A stretch of 15,313 nt of DNA from an uncultured Pirellulales bacterium (GTDB lineage Bacteria; Planctomycetota; Planctomycetia; Pirellulales; CAYZVT01): positions 1 to 15,313 of the forward strand of contig CAYZVT010000072.1 of the NCBI GenBank assembly GCA_964481585.1. Direction: 5' to 3'. Shown one piece after another: positions 1-6,459 of the stretch. Position 1 is the first letter of the stretch; every line of letters begins with the position of its first letter. Below the pieces are notes generated by a model. It was given only the letters and a program-made list of their open reading frames with translations. It had not been told where the DNA came from and did not search any database. The position numbers were made by a program, and so were the translations under genes.

Positions 1-94
1 TCACCCTGCCCACGCGCCTCATTGGGGCAAATGCTTTGCCGGTCAAGTGTTACGCCGACCGCCCGCACGCCGCATGGGGCGCTGCGCCCCGCAG

Positions 95-133
95 GGGGGA
101 AAGGCGGAGGGCGGAAGGCGGAGGGCAGAAAGG
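95..133. repeat. purine-rich imperfect tandem repeat (GGCGGAGGG CGGAA GGCGGAGGG ...)
   Basis: Read directly. GGCGGAGGG occurs at 103-111 and 117-125. It lies downstream of the first gene. Confidence 0.6.
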
Positions 134-193
134 ATTTAGGAGATGCGGGCCTTTCGCTCAACTTTCCCGATTTCTGATCCACCGTCCTCAACA

Positions 194-214
194 AAAGCGG
201 AAAGCGGAAAGCCG
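194..214. repeat. (AAAGCGG)x3 tandem repeat
   Basis: Read directly: AAAGCGG AAAGCGG AAAGCCG. Confidence 0.6.
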
Positions 215-233
215 GTATGCCGCTGACGACTGT

Positions 234-270
234 GCCTAGCTCGCAGCCTATAGCTTGCAGCCTACAGCCT
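234..270. repeat. imperfect tandem GCAGCCTA(Y)AG repeats
   Basis: GCCTA at 234, 246 and 260; GCAGCCTA at 243-250 and 257-264. Confidence 0.5.
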
Positions 271-341
271 CCCGCCCCCGCTCCGGCCGCTTCACGATAC
301 CCATTCTGCCCTGAAAAGCAAGACTTTGCCGCTTCCGCCGC

Positions 342-1067
342 TCAATCCTGCGCGGCTTGTTGGCGGAGAATCTGCCACTTCTGCGTTTGCCCGTTGCGGA
401 AGTGGAGCAGCACGGTGCCTTGCGGCTGGGTGAGGCTGCTCAAGGTGGTCTCAAAGATCACGCCGTCGCCGCTGCCGGCGGCCCAGGCGACGCGCTGCGA
501 CTGGGGATCGACTGAGCCGTAGATCGGCTGGCCGGCGTCGCTGAGCACGTCGTAGTAGGTGCCCTGCACCGCGCCGTCTTTGTGGATCGCAAGCTGGACC
601 ATGTGATTCGCCCGCTCCGAGTCGGGCGGCACCAGGGCAAACACTCCCAGCGGCAACCAATCTTCCGCTCGCGTCGAGTTCGGTTCCAAGTCCCCTTCGT
701 GCACCAAGTCGCCGGCCGATTCGACCTGCTCGGCATCGGACGGGGCAACCACGGCCGCCTCATAGACGGTGCTGTAGGAAGCCGTCGCCGGCGCGGCCGC
801 CAGCCCCAGCCATGCCGTCGCGCCGGCGAACGTCGCCACCGTCCACGCATCGGCGTGCGGATGCGTGTACCGCCAGGCTTGCGGATGATCGAGATACCAC
901 TGCGCGGTGAACGGCTGATTCTCCGGCGCGTACTGCTGGAGCCTCTCGTTCGCGCCGGCGCGCGCGTCGCCTCCGCGACGGGGACCGGCCTGACTGACGT
1001 TGGCGAACAGAGCAACAACGAGCGCCGCGCGCAGCGCGCAGCGGCAGAGGTTTCGCGTGGTACGCAT
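342..1067 (-). CDS. secreted hypothetical protein (about 241 aa)
   Basis: Long ORF on the minus strand. The first ATG in frame is at 1067; the ORF-track start at 1112 is a TTG. The N-terminus MRTTRNLCRCALRAALVVALFANVSQA is a classic signal peptide (basic n-region, hydrophobic core, AxA-like cleavage site). The mature part is W/Y-rich with no motif I recognise. Confidence 0.6.
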   Translation of the reverse strand: MRTTRNLCRCALRAALVVALFANVSQAGPRRGGDARAGANERLQQYAPENQPFTAQWYLDHPQAWRYTHPHADAWTVATFAGATAWLGLAAAPATASYSTVYEAAVVAPSDAEQVESAGDLVHEGDLEPNSTRAEDWLPLGVFALVPPDSERANHMVQLAIHKDGAVQGTYYDVLSDAGQPIYGSVDPQSQRVAWAAGSGDGVIFETTLSSLTQPQGTVLLHFRNGQTQKWQILRQQAAQD

Positions 1068-1261
1068 GGAAGGAATCCCCCAGGAAAGTCGCGAAAGCGC
1101 GAACCGCTGCAAACGCCCGAACGGGCACGCGGTTCTGATTTAGATTGTCCGTCGGAGCCGGCAGCAGACCGCAAAAGACAAGAGAAATGTGCCTGCCAAA
1201 TGGCTCTTGCATTTGCAATATAGCTCACGTTTGGCCCACGCCAGCCGGCCGTCTAGCGGTC

Positions 1262-1296
1262 AGCCAGTAGCTGTTAGCTGTTAGCTATTAGCCGTT
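1262..1296. repeat. heptamer tandem repeat (AGCCAGT AGCTGTT AGCTGTT AGCTATT AGCCGTT), 5 units
   Basis: Read directly. It lies in the divergent intergenic region between the secreted hypothetical gene (minus strand) and the LamG gene (plus strand). Confidence 0.8.
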
Positions 1297-1377
1297 GGCC
1301 ATCAGCGGCCAGCAAGACCCCACCCGTCCTTCCCGCGCAGGTGGAAATCCAGTGCGCGTACCCTGTCGCCTCGTCCC

Positions 1378-1434
1378 CCACCCCTCGTCCTCCATCCCTC
1401 ATCCCTCGTCCCCCCATCCCTCAGCCTGCTCTGT
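1378..1434. repeat. C-rich interleaved repeats (CCTCGTCC x3, CATCCCTCA x2); G-rich on the minus strand
   Basis: Read directly. The minus strand carries at least 5 runs of GGG or longer, a G-quadruplex-capable tract. It lies 160 nt upstream of the LamG gene start. Confidence 0.7.
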
Positions 1435-1593
1435 CGCGCCGGTTGTAGCAGTGCTGCGGCGTGCCGGCGCCGCCAGCGCGCTCTCAAAAAAAGTTCCGAG
1501 CTTGAGCGGCACGCGCGGGCGGCTGGCAGACAGTAGAGTTTCAGGGTGCCGGACTCTGCGCACCTTCGGCTTAGCAGAAAGAGACGATTGCTC

Positions 1594-3573
1594 ATGGACC
1601 TACGACGGACGCTGCTCGCGCTGGTGCTCGGCTGCGCTTTTGCGTCTTCCGCCGCAGCCGCCGAAGTGACGGACCTGCTCATGGTCGTGCGGAATCCCTC
1701 CTCGCTTACCTCCGGCGAGTCGGCGCGGAAGGCGCTTTTGGAAAGCTGGGGCTACACGGTCACGCTCCTCGACGACCACGCCGCCGCGAGCAGCTTCACC
1801 GCCGCCGCGTCAGATAACGCCGTGGCCTACGTGCCCGCCGAAGTCGATAGCTCGGCGCTGGGGACGAAGCTCAAAGGCGTCTCGATCGGCGTGGTGAGTG
1901 AGTCGGCCGCGCTGAGCGATACCTACGGCTTCGGCCCCGAGCATCTGCAGGATAAATCGGAAATCGAGATCACCAACAGCAGCCACTACATCACGCACAC
2001 TTGGAGCGTGGGGGCGGCCGTCACGGTCGTCAGTTCCAGTCAGCAGCTGTTGGGCATCAACTACGGCTTGCCCTCCGGCGCGGTGAGCTTGGCCGAGCGG
2101 CACCGAGCCGGGCCGCATTACAAGCCGGCGCTCGTCCTGCTCGAAAAAGGGATCGCCATTTACGGCGGCGGCACGGCCGCAGGCCGCCGGGCACTGCTCC
2201 CCTGGGGCACGACCACGTTCAATTTCTCCGCGCTCAACAGTAATGGTCAGACGATTCTCGCCCGCACGCTCCAGTGGGCTGCCCGGCCGATGCCGTCGCT
2301 CGGCAAGCTCCTGCTGGTCGTCCGCGACACCAGTAACCTCACGAGCGAGGAGCAGGAGCGGCGCTGGATGCTCGACCTGTGGGGCTACGACGTAACGACA
2401 ATCGACGAGGGCGCCACGCAGACGAGCTTCGATAGCGCCGTCGCCACGCACGATGTCGTCTACGTCTCCGGCCAAGTCTCCGCCTCGCTCGTCGGGCCGA
2501 AGCTCAAAAGCCAGCCAATCGGCATTGTGAGCGAACACCCGGCCTTAATCCCGGAACTCGGGCTGGCCTCTAGCTACTCGCTCACTAGCGGCAGTTCGCT
2601 CAGTCTCGCGGCGCTCGATCACTTCCTCACCGCGCCGCTGATGCCGGGGCCGGTGTCGCTCTTTTCGAGCAGCGCGTCGGTCACGGTCGTTGGCCCCACG
2701 CGCTCGAAACATCTGCAACTGCTCGGCGGCTGGGGACTGCAAGAAACCCTTCCCGTGCTCGAAGTCGGCGGCGCATGGCATGACGAGCTAGGCACTGCGC
2801 CCGGCCGTCGCGCCGTGCTCCCCTGGAACGGCGGCAGCGTCGCGGCCGACGCGCTCACGCCCGAAGCCAAACTCCTCACCCGCCGCGCGCTGCGCTGGGC
2901 GACCGGCATGGTCGGCTATTGGAAGCTGGACGAAAGCTCCGGCACGCTTGCCACCGACTCCTCAACCTTCGGCCATCACGGCACGCTCGACGGCACCACC
3001 TTCGATGAAAGCACCGTGAGCAAAGCCCGCGTCGATGCCGGCCTGACCTTCGATGGCTTTGACGACCGCATCCTCGTTGCCGATACCGCCGCACTGCGAC
3101 TGACCGAGGCGCTCACGCTCTCGGCGTGGGTGCGGGCCAGTAGCCTCCCCACCGGGTCGAGTGTCGCCAGTGTAATCCGCAAAGGAGACGCCAACTCGTC
3201 GAGCTATCAGCTCGGCATCCGTGGCGGGCGAGCCGTGTTTTTTCTCGACGCGCTCGACACCGCCGGGTTCGCCGGGGCAAGTGAACTCGACACCGGCCGT
3301 TGGTATCACCTGGCCGCCACTTGGGACGGCACGACCGCGCGGCTCTACGTGAACGGCGTGCTCGACACGTCGCCGTCGCTCTTTTCCGCGCCGTTGGCCC
3401 TCGACACCCGGCCGCTGTGGCTCGGCGGCACGTCCACCGGCGACCACTTTGCCGGCAGGCTCGACGAGCTGCGGATCTACGACCACGCGCTGGGCGAAGC
3501 GGAGATCAGCGGCTTGTGGAACCAGAGCCGCCCGCTCGGCGTGCGGGTCTTGCACTGGCAGGAAATCCGCTGA
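1594..3573 (+). CDS. secreted LamG (concanavalin-A-like lectin/glucanase, Laminin_G_3-type) domain protein with internal tandem duplication
   Basis: ATG at 1594 (MDLRRTLLALVLGCAFASSAAAAEV) gives a signal peptide with an RR motif; the ORF-track start at 1546 is a GTG. Purine-rich AGAAAGAGA lies 10-18 nt upstream. Two homologous modules of about 230 aa are present (DLLMVVRNPSSLTSGE...WGYTVTLLDD...KLKGVSIGVVSE versus KLLLVVRDTSNLTSEE...WGYDVTTIDE...KLKSQPIGIVSE, each ending RRALLPWG / RRAVLPWNG). The C-terminal 200 aa (GYWKLDESSG...HGTLDG...LTFDGFDDRI...LTLSAWV...WYHLAATWDGTTARLYVNGVL...GRLDELRIYDHALGEAEI) matches the LamG-like jelly-roll signature. Confidence 0.8.
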   Translation: MDLRRTLLALVLGCAFASSAAAAEVTDLLMVVRNPSSLTSGESARKALLESWGYTVTLLDDHAAASSFTAAASDNAVAYVPAEVDSSALGTKLKGVSIGVVSESAALSDTYGFGPEHLQDKSEIEITNSSHYITHTWSVGAAVTVVSSSQQLLGINYGLPSGAVSLAERHRAGPHYKPALVLLEKGIAIYGGGTAAGRRALLPWGTTTFNFSALNSNGQTILARTLQWAARPMPSLGKLLLVVRDTSNLTSEEQERRWMLDLWGYDVTTIDEGATQTSFDSAVATHDVVYVSGQVSASLVGPKLKSQPIGIVSEHPALIPELGLASSYSLTSGSSLSLAALDHFLTAPLMPGPVSLFSSSASVTVVGPTRSKHLQLLGGWGLQETLPVLEVGGAWHDELGTAPGRRAVLPWNGGSVAADALTPEAKLLTRRALRWATGMVGYWKLDESSGTLATDSSTFGHHGTLDGTTFDESTVSKARVDAGLTFDGFDDRILVADTAALRLTEALTLSAWVRASSLPTGSSVASVIRKGDANSSSYQLGIRGGRAVFFLDALDTAGFAGASELDTGRWYHLAATWDGTTARLYVNGVLDTSPSLFSAPLALDTRPLWLGGTSTGDHFAGRLDELRIYDHALGEAEISGLWNQSRPLGVRVLHWQEIR

Positions 3574-3650
3574 CTCGTCCTCCCTGGGAAGGTGGAGCGC
3601 GAAATTCCTCTTTCGCCGCCGCCGGAGGTTTTCTATGATCCCCGCCCCCT

Positions 3651-3675
3651 GCGCGGGCCGCGTCTGCGCCCGCGC
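3651..3675 (+). other. GC hairpin GCGCGGGC-(9 nt)-GCCCGCGC between the LamG gene and the pyruvyl transferase gene
   Basis: 8-bp perfect stem. No U-tract follows. It lies 33 nt upstream of ATG 3708. Confidence 0.3.
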
Positions 3676-3707
3676 CCGCGCAAATCGCCCCTGCGAGAGA
3701 GACGCCG

Positions 3708-4781
3708 ATGGCCTATTCTGTGCTCAGCCCGTACCTTGTGCCGGCCGGATCAAAGAAGCGGGTCAACCTCGGCGATGGGTTCATTCTGCACAACATCCAG
3801 CGGCTGCTTGCTCCGCACGAGTGCCGGTTCGTCTTCACGACCCGCGCGCCGCTGAGCGAGCGACAGATCGAGTGCATCAACGACACCGACGCGCTGATTC
3901 TGGCCGGGGCGAACCAGCTCGACGATCACTTTACGCTCTACCCGACTTGCACGGCTGCCGATCTCGCGCGAATCAAAGTGCCGATCGTTCCCTTCGGCAT
4001 TGGCATCAATGGCGAGCCGGACACGGCGCGAAAAATGAGCGACGCGACGCGGGCCGTGCTCGCAGCCATTTTTGAACGGGTCCGCTATACGTCGTGGCGC
4101 TGCGACGACTCGCGGCAGTATCTCGTCGATCAAATGCCCCGGCACGCCGAGCAATGTCTCATGACCGGCTGCCCGGTCCAATACCGCGACGAAATCCTCG
4201 CCCAAACGCCCTTCCAGACGAGCGAAGCCACGGTGGTCGCCACGATCACCGAGCGGGGCGATTTTTGGGAGCGGGAAAAAACCACGCTCGACTTCCTCGC
4301 CGAGCGCTTCGCCCGCTCGCGCCGTATTCTCGCGCTCCACCAAGATTTCACTTCCAGCGGTCGCCGCCCCGGCGCGATGCGGCGGCTCGCAACTTCGCTC
4401 AAACCCCACGCGCCGCAGCGGCTGCACGATTACGCGCGCGCCCTGGGCTTTGAAGTCTACCGGCCCGCCTCGGCCGAGGAATGTTTGGCCGTCTACGCCA
4501 AGTGCGACTTGCACCTGGGCAGCCGGCTGCATGCCCATCTGCACTTCCTCAGCCGCGCCAAGCGCTCCTTCCTCACTCCGGTCGACGGCCGCAGCGCCGG
4601 CTTTGCCCGCACGTTCGGCTTTCCGCTCTGCGACTACCGCCGCCTCGATGCGCATTTTGATTACGACTTTGAGCGCTACGCCCGCCGCGTCCGCGAAACG
4701 TTCGCCACGATGACCGCCTTCACCGATTACCTGAAGCGCGACGTGCTCCGCACGCCGGCCGCGATGATTAGGGCAGCGTAG
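3708..4781 (+). CDS. polysaccharide pyruvyl transferase family protein (CsaB/WcaK-like)
   Basis: ATG at 3708, stop TAG at 4779-4781. The N-terminal motif KKRVNLGDGFILHNIQRLL resembles the G-x-NxGDeai signature. The C-terminal CDLHLGSRLHAHLHFLSRAKRSFLTPVDGRSAGFARTFGFP resembles the RLHa-I-A...P-i-Y-K motif of PS_pyruv_trans. The match is from memory of the family pattern, not a search. Confidence 0.6.
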   Translation: MAYSVLSPYLVPAGSKKRVNLGDGFILHNIQRLLAPHECRFVFTTRAPLSERQIECINDTDALILAGANQLDDHFTLYPTCTAADLARIKVPIVPFGIGINGEPDTARKMSDATRAVLAAIFERVRYTSWRCDDSRQYLVDQMPRHAEQCLMTGCPVQYRDEILAQTPFQTSEATVVATITERGDFWEREKTTLDFLAERFARSRRILALHQDFTSSGRRPGAMRRLATSLKPHAPQRLHDYARALGFEVYRPASAEECLAVYAKCDLHLGSRLHAHLHFLSRAKRSFLTPVDGRSAGFARTFGFPLCDYRRLDAHFDYDFERYARRVRETFATMTAFTDYLKRDVLRTPAAMIRAA

Positions 4782-4790
4782 CAGCACGAC

Positions 4791-4820
4791 GGGTGCCACT
4801 CTCTGGCCTGTCCAGCAGTG
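4791..4820 (+). repeat. palindromic repeat module H1, forward orientation, degenerate copy (GGGTGCCACTCTCTGGCCTGTCCAGCAGTG)
   Basis: Read directly. Consensus is GGGTGCC ACTGCTGG CTTGT CCAGCAGTG. This copy has an extra base and 2-3 substitutions in the left arm. It starts 10 nt after the stop of the pyruvyl transferase gene. Confidence 0.8.
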
Positions 4821-4909
4821 CTTCCAAACGGGCGTGCGTAATTCTCTCTCGATTCTGTAGCAACGCGTTCCGGGGAAGCGAATCACTTGGAGGCGACGGC
4901 AAACGACGG

Positions 4910-4938
4910 CACTGCTGGACCAGCCAGCAGTGGCACCC
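4910..4938 (-). repeat. palindromic repeat module H1, reverse orientation (CACTGCTGGACCAGCCAGCAGTGGCACCC)
   Basis: Reverse complement of the consensus with one mismatch. A second GGCACCC follows at 4945-4951. It lies 30 nt from the nth stop. Confidence 0.85.
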
Positions 4939-4968
4939 GTATTCGGCACCCACTCTGCCGACCTGGCG

Positions 4969-5640
4969 TTAGCGGTGGCTCGTCACTCCCACTTGCCGGC
5001 ACATGTCGAGCACGGGGCAGGTCGAGCATTTGGGCTGGCGGCCGGTGCAGACGTGCTTGCCGAACGGGACGAGTAGCCGGTTGATCTCGATCCAGTACGC
5101 GCGCGGCAGTTTTTCATCGAGGGCGTGCATCGTCTTCTCGGGAGTCGAGGCCGAGATGTAGCCCCAGCGATTCGTGACGCGGTGGACGTGGATATCGACG
5201 CCGATGCTCGGCTCTCCGCAGGCGATACCGAGCACCAGATGGGCACACTTCGGACCCACGCCCCGGAAGGAGAGCAACACCTGCTCGTCGCACGGCACGG
5301 TGCCGCCGAACTCCCCGACCGCGCGACGGGCAATCTCCCGAATCTGCCCCGCCTTCGCCTCGTGAAACGAGCACGCCCCAATCAGCCGATCAATCCGCCG
5401 CTCCGACAGCTTCGCCACCTCCGCCGGCGTCCGCGCCACCTCAACCAGCGCCCGCGCCGTCGGCACCGTCACCTCGTCCCGCGTGCGAATCGAAATCATG
5501 CACGCCACGAGCTGCTCAAACGCCGAATCAAACCCCTCGGCCGCCAATTCAAACAGCGCCGCCTTCGGAAACGGCCGAACCGCCGCGCGGATTCGCTTCA
5601 GCGCCGCATCAATATCAAACCGCCGCTTCCGAGCGGGCAT
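4969..5640 (-). CDS. nth: endonuclease III (HhH-GPD base-excision DNA glycosylase with 4Fe-4S cluster)
   Basis: ATG at 5640. A helix-hairpin-helix GPD region (LLSFRGVGPKCAHLVL) is present. The C-terminal Cys cluster CTGRQPKCSTCPVLDMC fits C-x6-C-x2-C-x5-C of EndoIII/MutY. The length of 223 aa is typical for Nth. Confidence 0.9.
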   Translation of the reverse strand: MPARKRRFDIDAALKRIRAAVRPFPKAALFELAAEGFDSAFEQLVACMISIRTRDEVTVPTARALVEVARTPAEVAKLSERRIDRLIGACSFHEAKAGQIREIARRAVGEFGGTVPCDEQVLLSFRGVGPKCAHLVLGIACGEPSIGVDIHVHRVTNRWGYISASTPEKTMHALDEKLPRAYWIEINRLLVPFGKHVCTGRQPKCSTCPVLDMCRQVGVTSHR

Positions 5641-5674
5641 GAGGTGTCTCGGAGTTAGTTGCTAAGTCGCGGGA

Positions 5675-5698
5675 CACTGCTGGCTTGGCCCAGCCGTG
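5675..5698 (-). repeat. degenerate solo copy of the H1 hairpin (CACTGCTGGCTTGGCCCAGCCGTG)
   Basis: Shares CACTGCTGGCTTG and a decayed right arm. It lies between the nth start and the end of the 87-aa membrane gene. Confidence 0.5.
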
Positions 5699-5718
5699 CG
5701 GCCGAACGTCGAACCAGC

Positions 5719-5982
5719 TCACGGCAACGCCTCGGGCTTGTCGGTGGGGCCGTTGCGTTCTGCATTGAAGTCCTCTTCATCAGCAACCTGCCACTCCCAC
5801 AGCCCCCCTACGAACAGCGACAGAAGCGCACAGATACCGAGCTTGAGCGGCCAATCGTCCCACCAGTTGTTCCACCAAAGCACCGAAGCATAGAGGCACG
5901 TCCCGACCAGACTGGTCACGAAGGCGTGCGCGACCGTGCTACGCCACGTGGCTTTCGGATTGGTCTTGCCTAATAAGCCCAT
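5719..5982 (-). CDS. small hypothetical membrane protein (87 aa, 2 predicted TM segments, Trp-rich)
   Basis: ATG at 5982. Two hydrophobic stretches (VAHAFVTSLVGTCLYASVLWW and LKLGICALLSLFVGGLW). It is co-directional with nth downstream and another tiny membrane ORF upstream. Confidence 0.5.
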   Translation of the reverse strand: MGLLGKTNPKATWRSTVAHAFVTSLVGTCLYASVLWWNNWWDDWPLKLGICALLSLFVGGLWEWQVADEEDFNAERNGPTDKPEALP

Positions 5983-6064
5983 CGGCTAACGAGTGTTCTC
6001 CACTGTGGACGGCAACTCTCCCCCAGTCCCTCCCTGCAAGCGAGGAGGACTGCAAAATTCGTCC

Positions 6065-6241
6065 TCACCGCAGCCCTTCTTCCGGCGATCGGCGTTCGCC
6101 GAGCGGGAAGTTTTCTTCCGGCTGCCGGCGTTTGCGGGTGAAGATGACCAAGAGAATCACGCCGCCGATGATCGGCAGCAGGACCAAGAGCGCGAACAGC
6201 CCGACGAGGATGATGAGTTCGAGCGGCCCGAATCCGACCAT
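6065..6241 (-). CDS. tiny hypothetical membrane protein (58 aa, single TM)
   Basis: An internal ATG at 6241 (MVGFGPLELIILVGLFALLVLLPIIGGVILLVIFTRKRRQPEE...) is preceded by AAAGGAA 7-12 nt upstream. The longer ORF-track version (to 6451) reads through two copies of the palindromic repeat and is an artefact. Confidence 0.4.
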   Translation of the reverse strand: MVGFGPLELIILVGLFALLVLLPIIGGVILLVIFTRKRRQPEENFPLGERRSPEEGLR

Positions 6242-6264
6242 GCCAATTCCTTTCGTGCTACGAT

Positions 6265-6293
6265 GGGTGCCACTGCTGGCTTGTCCAGCAGTG
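6265..6293 (+). repeat. palindromic repeat module H1, forward orientation (GGGTGCCACTGCTGGCTTGTCCAGCAGTG)
   Basis: Exact consensus copy. The 9-bp arms CACTGCTGG / CCAGCAGTG around a 5-nt centre form a perfect hairpin. Confidence 0.9.
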
Positions 6294-6374
6294 CCGTCAA
6301 CGAGCCTCACGGTGGCGCGTCTTGCCACGTCGTTCTCAGGCCAAGCAAATTGCCCCGGCATTGTCTGTCCGTCA

Positions 6375-6403
6375 CACTGCTGGACAAGCCAGCAGTGGCA
6401 CCC
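6375..6403 (-). repeat. palindromic repeat module H1, reverse orientation (CACTGCTGGACAAGCCAGCAGTGGCACCC)
   Basis: Exact reverse complement of 6265-6293, 81 nt away. Confidence 0.9.
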
Positions 6404-6432
6404 GGGGCACGGGCGAGACGCCCGTGGCACCC
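6404..6432 (-). repeat. palindromic repeat module H2, reverse orientation (GGGGCACGGGCGAGACGCCCGTGGCACCC)
   Basis: Hairpin CACGGGCG-AGA-CGCCCGTG followed by GGCACCC, immediately abutting the H1 copy. Its reverse complement occurs at 9738-9762. A third GGCACCC follows at 6447-6453. Confidence 0.8.
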
Positions 6433-6459
6433 TTCTTCCGTCACTGGGCACCCCGCGCG

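Noticed and set aside
36-239. 67-aa ORF at the left edge
   Set aside because: It has no ribosome-binding site or signal. It overlaps simple-sequence repeats and has an Arg-rich product. It is probably non-coding 3' flank of the first gene.
1207-1225. TTGCATTTGCAATATAGCT as a sigma-70 -35/-10 pair
   Set aside because: The spacing between the TTGCAA-like and TATAGC-like words is only 1-2 nt, which is incompatible with a -35/-10 promoter. It is noted only as a palindromic word shared with the 12380 region.
458-1228. Overlapping 256-aa and 213-aa ORFs in other frames of the first gene
   Set aside because: These are alternative frames of the same GC-rich region with Arg-rich low-complexity products. 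The 342..1067 frame has a signal peptide and normal composition.
3750-4949. 399-aa ORF antisense to the pyruvyl transferase gene
   Set aside because: It lies entirely antisense to a better-supported gene. It is rich in Arg, Ala and Gly, as expected from a GC-rich antisense frame. It has no motifs, and its 3' part merely translates the palindromic repeat.
6065-6241. Calling the 58-aa membrane ORF a TatA/TatE subunit
   Set aside because: It lacks the TatA FG hinge and the amphipathic helix (no F-G-x-x-K-L after the TM). The hydrophobic segment is too long. It is left as hypothetical.
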